A stretch of DNA of 64,000 bases from an uncultured virus (IMG/VR IMGVR_UViG_3300042691_022988) (taxonomy: Duplodnaviria; Heunggongvirae; Uroviricota; Caudoviricetes). Made by a program: the position numbers and the translations under genes. A model generated the notes under the pieces. It was given only the letters and a program-made list of their open reading frames with translations. It searched no databases and was not told where the DNA came from. Each line of letters opens with the position of its first letter. The stretch's first letter is position 1. Shown here in pieces: positions 52,007-59,528 of this stretch. The stretch lies in IMG/VR virus record IMGVR_UViG_3300042691_022988; one strand, 5' to 3'.

Positions 52007-52480
52007 ATGACAGAACAGGAAAAGAAAAGACGACTAATTGTTACAGCCTTAGCCGCACAACAGATTTACGCTCAGTGCCACGATGAATGTGTAGAGCTTA
52101 AATTCTTCCGACAAGATCTTAAAATGCACTCCAAAAACCTGGTTGCAAAGCTGGAAAGAGAGCTGATGCCGCTGTTTGCCGTGTTAGGCAATGTTCAGGG
52201 TGGTGAAGCCTACATGAACGCGGTAGAATTGATGGAAATCACCCTGCAAAACCTAGCAACCCTACCAGTTGAGTACTGGGCATTAGTTAATCAAGGCGTA
52301 TCTGACATAAAACGACAAATAGATGAAAAGAACCAAGCAAGCGCTAAAGGAACACCTGATCCAGAAACTAACGGAGTGGAGGCCGCAGATGGATCAGGAC
52401 CTGATCACCACGGTGGTGAAGAACAACCTGCCGGGATTGAAGTCAATGAAGATGGACGAAGTGGAGAATCTACTCATTAA
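52007..52480 (+). CDS. hypothetical protein
   Basis: ORF with A/C-rich leader. Confidence 0.6.
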   Translation: MTEQEKKRRLIVTALAAQQIYAQCHDECVELKFFRQDLKMHSKNLVAKLERELMPLFAVLGNVQGGEAYMNAVELMEITLQNLATLPVEYWALVNQGVSDIKRQIDEKNQASAKGTPDPETNGVEAADGSGPDHHGGEEQPAGIEVNEDGRSGESTH

Positions 52481-52488
52481 GTGCAAGG

Positions 52489-52680
52489 ATGACCTTTCCC
52501 CCTTCACCAATCCCAGTTACGACTCCACTTGGAGATGGATACATCCTTTACATAACACCGGGCGGGATGCTAGAGAATGACGAAATAACGGTCGTTCTCC
52601 TTGACGGGGGAAGAATCAAGCACTTTACCAGCGACCAAGTCAGAATTTGGAAAAATTCAACCTACGAAATACATGAATAA
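52489..52680 (+). CDS. hypothetical protein
   Basis: PIPVTTPLGDG motif typical of small phage proteins. Confidence 0.6.
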   Translation: MTFPPSPIPVTTPLGDGYILYITPGGMLENDEITVVLLDGGRIKHFTSDQVRIWKNSTYEIHE

Positions 52681-52861
52681 CTACGTAATAACTGTTTGGG
52701 ACGGCGACAAGCTGGTCCATAACGCAAAGGCTAAAGCAAAAAGCCCGGAAATGGCTAAAACTAAGGCCCTAAACGACTGCTGGAGACTGGATAAAATGAT
52801 GGGAACCGAACGAAACTGGCATAAATACCGATGGGACATACAAGCGACAATAAGCCGATAA
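52673..52861 (+). CDS. hypothetical protein
   Basis: overlapping ORF starting MNNYVITVW. Confidence 0.5.
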   Translation: MNNYVITVWDGDKLVHNAKAKAKSPEMAKTKALNDCWRLDKMMGTERNWHKYRWDIQATISR

Positions 52862-53043
52862 AATACGCCTCGCATTTACTCAACGAGGTAGTTATGGACA
52901 TGATTATGCGTGAAAAGAAGGGTTTTTCTCAGTATAATCACACAATGGACCGGGAAGACTTGACAAAGGATGAGTGGATCCAACACGCATACGAGGAGGC
53001 GCTTGACCTTGCCCTGTATCTGAAGAAGATTATGAAGACGTAG
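52831..53043 (+). CDS. MazG-like all-alpha nucleotide pyrophosphohydrolase-like protein
   Basis: REKKG..Y..TMDR.DL...WIQHAYEEALDLALYL. Confidence 0.6.
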   Translation: MGHTSDNKPIKYASHLLNEVVMDMIMREKKGFSQYNHTMDREDLTKDEWIQHAYEEALDLALYLKKIMKT

Positions 53044-53116
53044 TCACGAATATTTGAAGAATTGTGACACAAACCGGTAACAAATTTTTACCGGATTTGT
53101 TACAAAAACAAACGAA

Positions 53117-53432
53117 ATGAACAAAAAGTACAACTTTTTTAACAGCAGGGAATTTGAAACTCTGATCCCCTACCTGGTCATGATTGCCGTAGGGATTGCA
53201 ACATTCTACATCATCCAAGTATGTGTAAATTTAATGTAAGAAAGATGATGAGAATGATCTGGTGGGAGTTTAACAAACCGCATTGGATCACAATGGTCAT
53301 CTACTATCTCGTACTAACAATCCTATACTTCCTACTCGTATGGAGCATTACATAACCGGATTTATGGCGCTGGCAGCCCTGTACATCTTCGCCTACGGAA
53401 TCGTCAAGATCGTAGAGAAGTCTGACAAATAA
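53117..53432 (+). CDS. three tiny single-TM peptides (53117-53239, 53245-53355, 53340-53432)
   Basis: hand-translated 40, 36 and 30 aa ORFs, each with one hydrophobic segment. Confidence 0.5.
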
Positions 53433-53457
53433 AAAAACCGGGAATGACCCCGGCTTT
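53431..53457. terminator. terminator between convergent operons
   Basis: A7-CCGGG-AATGAC-CCCGG-CTTT. Confidence 0.6.
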
Positions 53458-53497
53458 AATCGTAACTACAACAGTCCCCTGCACGAGACCGTGTTTC

Positions 53498-53761
53498 TTA
53501 ACAGTCCCACTTGCGAAGAGCCAGCGCCTTTCTTGTAGGCTTGCCATTAGGCTTTTTCATCGGACCAGGCATACCTCCCATGCGAGCACAGAAGGATTTA
53601 CGCCTGGACGCTGCTTTGGGAGACTTCTTGGCTTGTTTGGCAGATACCGGTGGCTTCAACGTGCCTCCAGTCTCGCGTTTATACGCAGCTCGACCCTTGG
53701 CATTCAAACCTCCTTCTGGGTTCTTACCCTCCTTGCGTTGCCATGCTGGTGACTTTGCCAT
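53498..53761 (-). CDS. basic phage protein (DUF6321-like)
   Basis: WQRKEGKNPEGGLNAKGR..RRKSFCARM..ALRKWDC. Confidence 0.75.
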   Translation of the reverse strand: MAKSPAWQRKEGKNPEGGLNAKGRAAYKRETGGTLKPPVSAKQAKKSPKAASRRKSFCARMGGMPGPMKKPNGKPTRKALALRKWDC

Positions 53762-54229
53762 TTATCCCTTTTTTAGATTTTTATTAACACGCTTCACGGT
53801 CTTTTTTGCAGATGCGTAATCAAGATTATTAGCGGTATAAGAATAACCACCAGAAAGGTTTCTTGTATATCCTGTTTTTTGAGATGGTTTCGCCAAACCC
53901 TTTAATTTATTTACCAGTCCCTTATCAACTACCTTTTCTTTTGTAGCAGTAGTGCTTGTTTGTTTTTTAGGACCATAACGGTAAATATCAGTTGACGAAG
54001 AAGAAAGAGATTTTACCTTTCTAGTAGCGCCATTTGCGAACTTTTGTTTTGCTTTTACTTTTTTCGTAGATAGATCCTGACCCTTTTCAGTAAGAGCCTT
54101 GCGATAAACAGAACGACTTTTTGTAACCGTACCCTGCGCGTCTACGCTTTTAGATTTGGTAATGGTTTTTTGATTACCACTAAAAGGATTAGTGCGAACT
54201 ATCGTTTTTTCTTTTGGTTTATTAGCCAT
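53762..54229 (-). CDS. highly basic protein
   Basis: K/T/S-rich 155-aa ORF in the basic-protein operon. Confidence 0.7.
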   Translation of the reverse strand: MANKPKEKTIVRTNPFSGNQKTITKSKSVDAQGTVTKSRSVYRKALTEKGQDLSTKKVKAKQKFANGATRKVKSLSSSSTDIYRYGPKKQTSTTATKEKVVDKGLVNKLKGLAKPSQKTGYTRNLSGGYSYTANNLDYASAKKTVKRVNKNLKKG

Positions 54230-54247
54230 TGTATCTAATTTTTAAAA

Positions 54248-54409
54248 TTATTTTACCTTAGTTGTCCTCATCATCAACTGTCTTTTTGGACCAGATGTAG
54301 AGACCTTGGTTGTCTTCATCATTAATTGTTTTTTAGGAGTTGATGAAGAAACTTTTGTGGTCTTCATCATCAACTTTTTCTTTGGGTCTGGTTGATTTTT
54401 CTTGATCAT
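54248..54409 (-). CDS. basic protein with three PKxxLMMxTTKV repeats
   Basis: tandem repeat visible in protein and DNA. Confidence 0.6.
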   Translation of the reverse strand: MIKKNQPDPKKKLMMKTTKVSSSTPKKQLMMKTTKVSTSGPKRQLMMRTTKVK

Positions 54410-54410
54410 G

Positions 54411-54560
54411 TTATTTCTTTTTAGCTGTTTTCTTTGACTGTGCAAATGCCTTTGCCGTAGGTGCGCCCTTCGTTCCGGGCTTCCTCATCTTCTCGCCTGA
54501 TCCAGCAGCAATTCTCTTGCGCTTGGCGTTGATGTTTGCGTATAGTCCCTGTTTTGCCAT
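54411..54560 (-). CDS. 49-aa basic protein (MAKQGLYANINAKRKRI...)
   Basis: hand-translated; TAATG coupling; below the ORF-track size cut-off. Confidence 0.7.
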   Translation of the reverse strand: MAKQGLYANINAKRKRIAAGSGEKMRKPGTKGAPTAKAFAQSKKTAKKK

Positions 54561-54679
54561 TATCCCTGTCCTCTTGTTGGTTTAACATTCTTATCCTTGG
54601 GAGACTTGCGCTTAAAGGGCTTGCCCTCCTTTCTTTTGCCAAAGGTAGTCTTTAATCCGCTTCCTAGTGCCTTTGCCAT
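54560..54679 (-). CDS. 39-aa basic protein (MAKALGSGLK...RGQG)
   Basis: hand-translated; TAATG coupling at both ends. Confidence 0.65.
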   Translation of the reverse strand: MAKALGSGLKTTFGKRKEGKPFKRKSPKDKNVKPTRGQG

Positions 54680-55227
54680 TATTTTTTACCTTTTCGTACT
54701 TCTTTTTTAAACGCAGCACGTTGAGAAATAGGGTTACTCAAAACGTATTTGCGTGTTTCTTGATTCTTTGCAGAGTTAGCCTCAACCTGGTATGATCTTC
54801 CTCCCTTAGTTTTTCCCTTACCGGCAGGGATTCGAAGATTGCGAGTATGGGCAGTAACGGCTGATTTACGAGATGTCATAGTCTTTTCAACACCACGCTT
54901 ACCCTCTCCAGAGCGAGTCACAGTCTTGCGACGAACCATTGATGGAGTAGAAACAACCTTTGTCTTCTTATCAGACGCGCTGTCGTAACCAAACTGCTTT
55001 TTTGGGTTAGCAACATTTTTCTCCATCTGCATCTGACGACGAGGAGTATCCTTACTACGCTCAGTCAAAAATGGCTTGCTTTCCCCCTTACGATACTCTT
55101 TGTAAGTCTTCTTATTTAAGCGAGGACCAGAAACCTCCTTTGACTTGTACTCATAGCCGGAACCGCTCTCCCCGCTACTCTTGGTAACAGTGCGACCCAG
55201 TAAGTTTTTTCTGATTTTTTCGGGCAT
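54679..55227 (-). CDS. highly basic protein (MPEKIRKNLLGRTVTK paralogue)
   Basis: K/R-rich; coupled. Confidence 0.7.
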   Translation of the reverse strand: MPEKIRKNLLGRTVTKSSGESGSGYEYKSKEVSGPRLNKKTYKEYRKGESKPFLTERSKDTPRRQMQMEKNVANPKKQFGYDSASDKKTKVVSTPSMVRRKTVTRSGEGKRGVEKTMTSRKSAVTAHTRNLRIPAGKGKTKGGRSYQVEANSAKNQETRKYVLSNPISQRAAFKKEVRKGKK

Positions 55228-55517
55228 TACTTTTTCTTGGTTTTTGACTTTCCGGTTTGTCTTCCAGGAGTCATCATGTTTTGAATTCTTACTTTCTTCT
55301 TTTCAAGCTGACCAAGTTTACCCTGGGCCAGACTCGATTCAGAAACCCCAGTAATTCTACTAGCAGCCCTGTTCAAGTATTCCTCCTTGTTCAGCCCAGC
55401 CTGATTAGATTTCAACTTCGATATCTTTGTTTCAACCTTCTTCAGCTTAGCCTCGTTTCTCTGTTTTAGAGTCTTAGGCTTGGGAAAACTTTTTGAACCG
55501 TTTGATCGTGATTTCAT
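55227..55517 (-). CDS. highly basic protein
   Basis: K-rich; coupled. Confidence 0.65.
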   Translation of the reverse strand: MKSRSNGSKSFPKPKTLKQRNEAKLKKVETKISKLKSNQAGLNKEEYLNRAASRITGVSESSLAQGKLGQLEKKKVRIQNMMTPGRQTGKSKTKKK

Positions 55518-55951
55518 TATTTGTTCTTTTTGATTTGACGACGAAATTCAGCAGCCTGACGCAAAGCGCCCATATTGGTCCTCGTAGAAGTCTCGCCAGG
55601 CTTTCTTGTTTCAACCGAACGTACTTTACCTGATCTCCCTCTTACTGTTTGTTTTTCAGTAGTAACTCCACCAGATAGTCCTGCCTTACCGACCTTTCTT
55701 CTCGTTACATCAGATTTACCAGCTGGATAATCGTATTTAATTTTTTCCCTTACAGACTTATTGTTTTCGGACCTTTTCAAAGTACGAACAGTACCATCCG
55801 ATAGTACCGACTTGGTTTTTGCCTTTAACTTTATAGACTCGCCCCTAGAATTTTTAACTAACTTTCTTTTAAATTCTACACCGCTAGAGTTTACTCCAGA
55901 CGTTTTAGTTACGGTGCGACCTAGCAAGTTCTTTTTAATTTTTTCTGGCAT
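55517..55951 (-). CDS. highly basic protein (MPEKIKKNLLGRTVTK paralogue)
   Basis: K/R-rich; N-terminus shared with 54679-55227. Confidence 0.7.
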   Translation of the reverse strand: MPEKIKKNLLGRTVTKTSGVNSSGVEFKRKLVKNSRGESIKLKAKTKSVLSDGTVRTLKRSENNKSVREKIKYDYPAGKSDVTRRKVGKAGLSGGVTTEKQTVRGRSGKVRSVETRKPGETSTRTNMGALRQAAEFRRQIKKNK

Positions 55952-55961
55952 ATCCTTATTT

Positions 55962-56285
55962 TTAGAATTTTGATCTCGTTGATGGCGAATGCTTCTCCTT
56001 CTCCTTGCGACGGAACTCCTCCATCTCCTCCTTACGCTTGGCTACCTGCTTAGGCGTTAAAACCTTATTCTTCTCGCCGGTAGAAGCAGACGAAGTCTTT
56101 ACAGTATAACCCTTCGAACCAGCACCAGATCCGCCACCCCCAGTGTCATATGCAGCGCACCCATCCTTACTACAACTCATACTGACCTCCTGGTCCTTAG
56201 CGTCCTTCTTCTTTTTCTTCTTCAAGAACTGACTCACATAACTGGCGCCAAACATATTGTCGCGATAATCTTGAGATGCTTCCAT
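55962..56285 (-). CDS. basic low-complexity protein, first gene of operon
   Basis: start MEASQ, 15 nt downstream of TATATTTG (56300-56307). Confidence 0.6.
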   Translation of the reverse strand: MEASQDYRDNMFGASYVSQFLKKKKKKDAKDQEVSMSCSKDGCAAYDTGGGGSGAGSKGYTVKTSSASTGEKNKVLTPKQVAKRKEEMEEFRRKEKEKHSPSTRSKF

Positions 56286-56451
56286 GGAGCTTTTTTTTAC
56301 AAATATACACGGATGCACATAATAATCAAAAAAAATCATAATACCAGGATGGTTGGGAAAATCGTTGACCAACTAGGGTTGGGGTCACCCCCCCCGGCAG
56401 GCGGTTACGCGACCCGACCCGAAGTCGATTTGGCAACAGGGGTGGGGTACT

Positions 56452-56636
56452 TAACACCCTGATTTGCAGCCTGTTATGCCACCAAGGCCAACTGCTTGAC
56501 CCTCAGGTAGATATAGCACACAGCACACAGCCCGATGCGCGGCAACTTGTCTCCGCTCGGTGGAGAAAGTAGACTAACCCATTGATAATCAACCCGTTTG
56601 CATAAACGTCACAACGTGTTAAGTATCAGCACGTTA
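56452..56636. repeat. four 25-bp imperfect palindromes YAAC-N4-TGA-N3-TCA-N4-GTTA
   Basis: copies start at 56452, 56489, 56575 and 56612. Confidence 0.7.
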
Positions 56637-57170
56637 CACCATGCATGACCATGCCCGCTAGATACTGCAAGCACCCCGCCCGATGCCCTAGAAACCACAC
56701 GGCCTGAACGCCTGAAAACCCCGCCATTCCTGAGAACCATGCAAGGCTCGGAAATTCTGCTTGGGGTAACCTAGATTGAGTTGGCCTAATGTGCGGGCGT
56801 GCACGAGTGCTTTATGTGCTCTCTCTCCTGTCTCTTGGTGTGTGTGTGTTATTACATAGGGTGGATTGTGGGTTATTTGCCCGCGCATGGCCTGTCCTTT
56901 GCCTGCTGTTTGGCTGTCCTGTTTTACCCTGTCTGATGTCTCCTGATTGCTCACCTGTAGACCGCTTCCCAGGACGCATACGCTTTTTGTTGATTTTCGC
57001 TCTCAAACCCGCGCTGTGCCTGTCCTAGAGAACATCTGATGCTGTTTTTGGGTTTTGGCCTGTTTCTACCCCTGTTCACCCCCTCCCCTAGCTGTGAGAA
57101 ACGCCCATTTCTGACTATTTCCCGCCGGCCTGAATCCCTTGTCCTACGCGGCTTTCAGCACCATTGCTTA

Positions 57171-57178
57171 CAAAGATA
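57171..57178 (-). promoter_or_regulatory. -7 promoter element TATCTTTG (leftward)
   Basis: consensus match; no convincing ORF downstream. Confidence 0.4.
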
Positions 57179-57411
57179 GTCAATGTTTTCGCGGCTTCCA
57201 AGAAATAACGTAAAAAAGATTAAAATTCGTCGATGATAAATTATAATTCGTCGACACTTTTTGTCAGTTAGGCGAATTTATTGCCTTTGGCTGTAATTCA
57301 GTTATTGGATAGACGTGGCGCGGGTTTCAAAAAAGCAAATCTCTGAACACCGCATAAACACAGGTCGTTTAGAAGGTCTTTAAAACTTGATTTAGAACTT
57401 AGATATCCCCT

Positions 57412-57419
57412 TATCTTTG
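57412..57419 (+). promoter_or_regulatory. early promoter -7 element TATCTTTG
   Basis: consensus match, with TTG ~22 nt upstream, at the head of the plus-strand early region. Confidence 0.7.
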
Positions 57420-57424
57420 CCACC

Positions 57425-57810
57425 GTTCAACGGAACAACGGAGTGCTCAAATCACCCGCAATAGTAATACCTCGTGAGACGTGTGAAATTGAAAGATAGC
57501 TAGCAGTTCTGATTCCCTCTCTGCAACAATCAAAAGAGGGTGAGCGCTTAGGCAACGAAGCGACGGGAGTTCGCCCGCAAATAGCCGACAACATTCGGCA
57601 ACCTGTCAGTAGCAAGGTTAGGAGCTACAGGTTAAACGAACGAGAACCCTGCAAATAGCAGGGGACTACAAAAGCCGAGTCTTGGGACTATACGCGGTGA
57701 CCCCTAACGGGAGAGCGGATGAGTACAGCGGTAAACAAGTAGCACAGCTATGCGTATGTGACAACGTATGGCTGTGTGTATCAATACTACAGCGCAACGG
57801 CGCAAATTCA
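57425..57810 (+). ncRNA. large structured RNA, unclassified
   Basis: at least 8 hairpins in ~390 nt; no plus-strand ORF of 60 aa or more; G-U pairs favour the plus strand. Confidence 0.6.
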
Positions 57811-57820
57811 ATACAACTAT

Positions 57821-57898
57821 AGCAACGACGCATGGTGCGGCAAGCCTAGATGACTGAGGTCGCTAGTCTCGCAGGGGGTTCGAGTCCCCCCGTTGTTC
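57821..57898 (+). ncRNA. tRNA-like element without a canonical anticodon arm
   Basis: acceptor AGCAACG/CGTTGTT; T-arm GGGGG-TTCGAGT-CCCCC; mini D-arm CGCA-TGG-TGCG. Confidence 0.7.
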
Positions 57899-57919
57899 TA
57901 ACACTTAAAACACAACATC

Positions 57920-58399
57920 ATGAACATGACAAAAGGCACAGCCTTCGAAGTTGAAATCTTCAAGCAAATGAACTTATCACAGGAAGTAATTGAGCAGCAC
58001 ATATACGACTATGCGCCAATCATGAAACTGATACCGCTCACAACTGATGAAATCAGGGAACAGGGTAGAGACTACAACCCTAGAGAATGGGACAGGGTCA
58101 TTGACAGGATGCTCAACTACAACGGTATCAAGTGGTTCAAACGTGACAGGAACGAGAGTTCAAACGGCTACGATGAGTACTTCGCGGTATTCAGCAACAG
58201 CGCAGGCGTCAAGGTAATCAATCACGTGTCATACAGCGCGTCCATGACCAACACTCCGTGGGTCGAGGTTGCTATCGACGAGGACAACATCCTGCACTAC
58301 AACCGCCGCTCAATTCGCTTCAAGCGCAACGACGAGGCTAGGGACTACCTAGCAGAGCAAAGCAAGACAAGCGGTCGCATCTACACGACAATCTTCTGA
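57920..58399 (+). CDS. early hypothetical protein
   Basis: 159-aa ORF with A/C-rich leader. Confidence 0.7.
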   Translation: MNMTKGTAFEVEIFKQMNLSQEVIEQHIYDYAPIMKLIPLTTDEIREQGRDYNPREWDRVIDRMLNYNGIKWFKRDRNESSNGYDEYFAVFSNSAGVKVINHVSYSASMTNTPWVEVAIDEDNILHYNRRSIRFKRNDEARDYLAEQSKTSGRIYTTIF

Positions 58400-58451
58400 G
58401 GTTAACTGATGAGACTTCAATAGTCGAAACTGCCTACGGGCAGTCTTAACC
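58400..58451 (+). ncRNA. type I hammerhead ribozyme
   Basis: GGTTAA-CTGATGA-GACT(tcaat)AGTC-GAAA-CTGCC(tacg)GGCAG-TC-TTAACC. Confidence 0.92.
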
Positions 58452-58460
58452 AATAGCAAT

Positions 58461-58622
58461 ATGAAAGCAATCCAATCCCTCGCATCATTCGCAATGGTGC
58501 TGTTCTTTTTCCTGAGCACGATAGTCGCGCCAATGGCCGGCATTTGGTTCTTACTGCCGCTGACTATCCTGTGCCTGAACCTGAGCCTGAACCTATTCGT
58601 TCAAATTCATAATTCCAAGTAA
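58461..58622 (+). CDS. 53-aa hydrophobic membrane protein
   Basis: hand-translated MKAIQSLASFAMVLFFFLS... Confidence 0.55.
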   Translation: MKAIQSLASFAMVLFFFLSTIVAPMAGIWFLLPLTILCLNLSLNLFVQIHNSK

Positions 58623-58623
58623 C

Positions 58624-58815
58624 ATGACTGAGAAATTCTACTTCCGCAAACTAGGCGGTTGGCCGTTCGAAATGGAGGCCACAATCAACGATGGCCGCCA
58701 CCGAGCAAACTTCCTAGCGGCCATGAAGCGCAAGCGTTTCATACAGGTCGACGAGGCCGAGTACATCAAGGACAGCAGACTGCGCTCGATGTACGCATCA
58801 ATGTTCCACAAGTAA
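58624..58815 (+). CDS. early hypothetical protein
   Basis: ORF in operon. Confidence 0.6.
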   Translation: MTEKFYFRKLGGWPFEMEATINDGRHRANFLAAMKRKRFIQVDEAEYIKDSRLRSMYASMFHK

Positions 58816-58834
58816 TCAATAAACAGTAATCGAT

Positions 58835-59161
58835 ATGACAACACAAGAATTCATTCAGCAAATGGGCAAGATGCCTGTTGCAAACTACAACGACGGCACA
58901 ATTCACTTCGAGAATGGCCTCGAAATCAGCCACAGCGTTAAGCTAGCAGAATGGCAAGGCGACTTGCCTCTGCAAATGGTCGTGCGGGTATCTTTCCAAG
59001 GCGACTACGTTATGACGTGGGGCGCTGAGACTGACGAAGACAATCGACAGCTAGTGTATATGTGGCGCACGTTGAAAAGCCGCGCACAGGAGCGTTCAAA
59101 GGACATACAGCAGTACAACTCCCGTACAGGTTACGAACTGCTCATGAAGGGGCTGCAATAG
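58835..59161 (+). CDS. early hypothetical protein
   Basis: ORF in operon. Confidence 0.65.
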   Translation: MTTQEFIQQMGKMPVANYNDGTIHFENGLEISHSVKLAEWQGDLPLQMVVRVSFQGDYVMTWGAETDEDNRQLVYMWRTLKSRAQERSKDIQQYNSRTGYELLMKGLQ

Positions 59162-59219
59162 GTAAACTGATGAGGCTTCAATAGCCGAAACCACGGGGCT
59201 TGCCCCTGTGGTCTTTACC
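59161..59219 (+). ncRNA. type I hammerhead ribozyme
   Basis: GGTAAA-CTGATGA-GGCT(tcaat)AGCC-GAAA-CCACGGGG(cttg)CCCCTGTGG-TC-TTTACC. Confidence 0.92.
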
Positions 59220-59231
59220 AATACTAACGAT

Positions 59232-59516
59232 ATGAAAGCAACAATCGAAATCACGTCGACCTACGGGTTCGACCACTATTGGACACTAGTGTGTTCAACA
59301 CCTAAGACAACCAAGAGTTTCTACCTAGGACAGGACTGCAAATTCTGCGAACGAATACTAGGTATGAATACTGCGTGGGTTGCCCGCGAGATTGGCACGA
59401 ACAGGCTCGACACCGAGGCAGGCCGCGAGAAACTAGCCAAGTACATCTGCTCTACGCTAGGCATCAACGGACGTACAATGAAACAATATCAATCATGGTC
59501 GCTCTGCGCCCAATAA
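59232..59516 (+). CDS. early hypothetical protein
   Basis: start MKATIEIT downstream of the hammerhead. Confidence 0.65.
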   Translation: MKATIEITSTYGFDHYWTLVCSTPKTTKSFYLGQDCKFCERILGMNTAWVAREIGTNRLDTEAGREKLAKYICSTLGINGRTMKQYQSWSLCAQ

Positions 59517-59528
59517 ACCAACAACACC

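Noticed and set aside
56688..57028. ORFs in the gene-free gap
   Set aside because: Three mutually overlapping low-complexity ORFs with no motifs; likely spurious.
57680..57872. Minus-strand group I intron (GAGACTA ... TATAGTCC, P7-like)
   Set aside because: No interrupted gene; the promoter and G-U pairs favour a plus-strand RNA; other core elements not found.
57821..57898. Functional tRNA gene
   Set aside because: No 5-bp stem with 7-nt anticodon loop, no U8, and a truncated D-loop.
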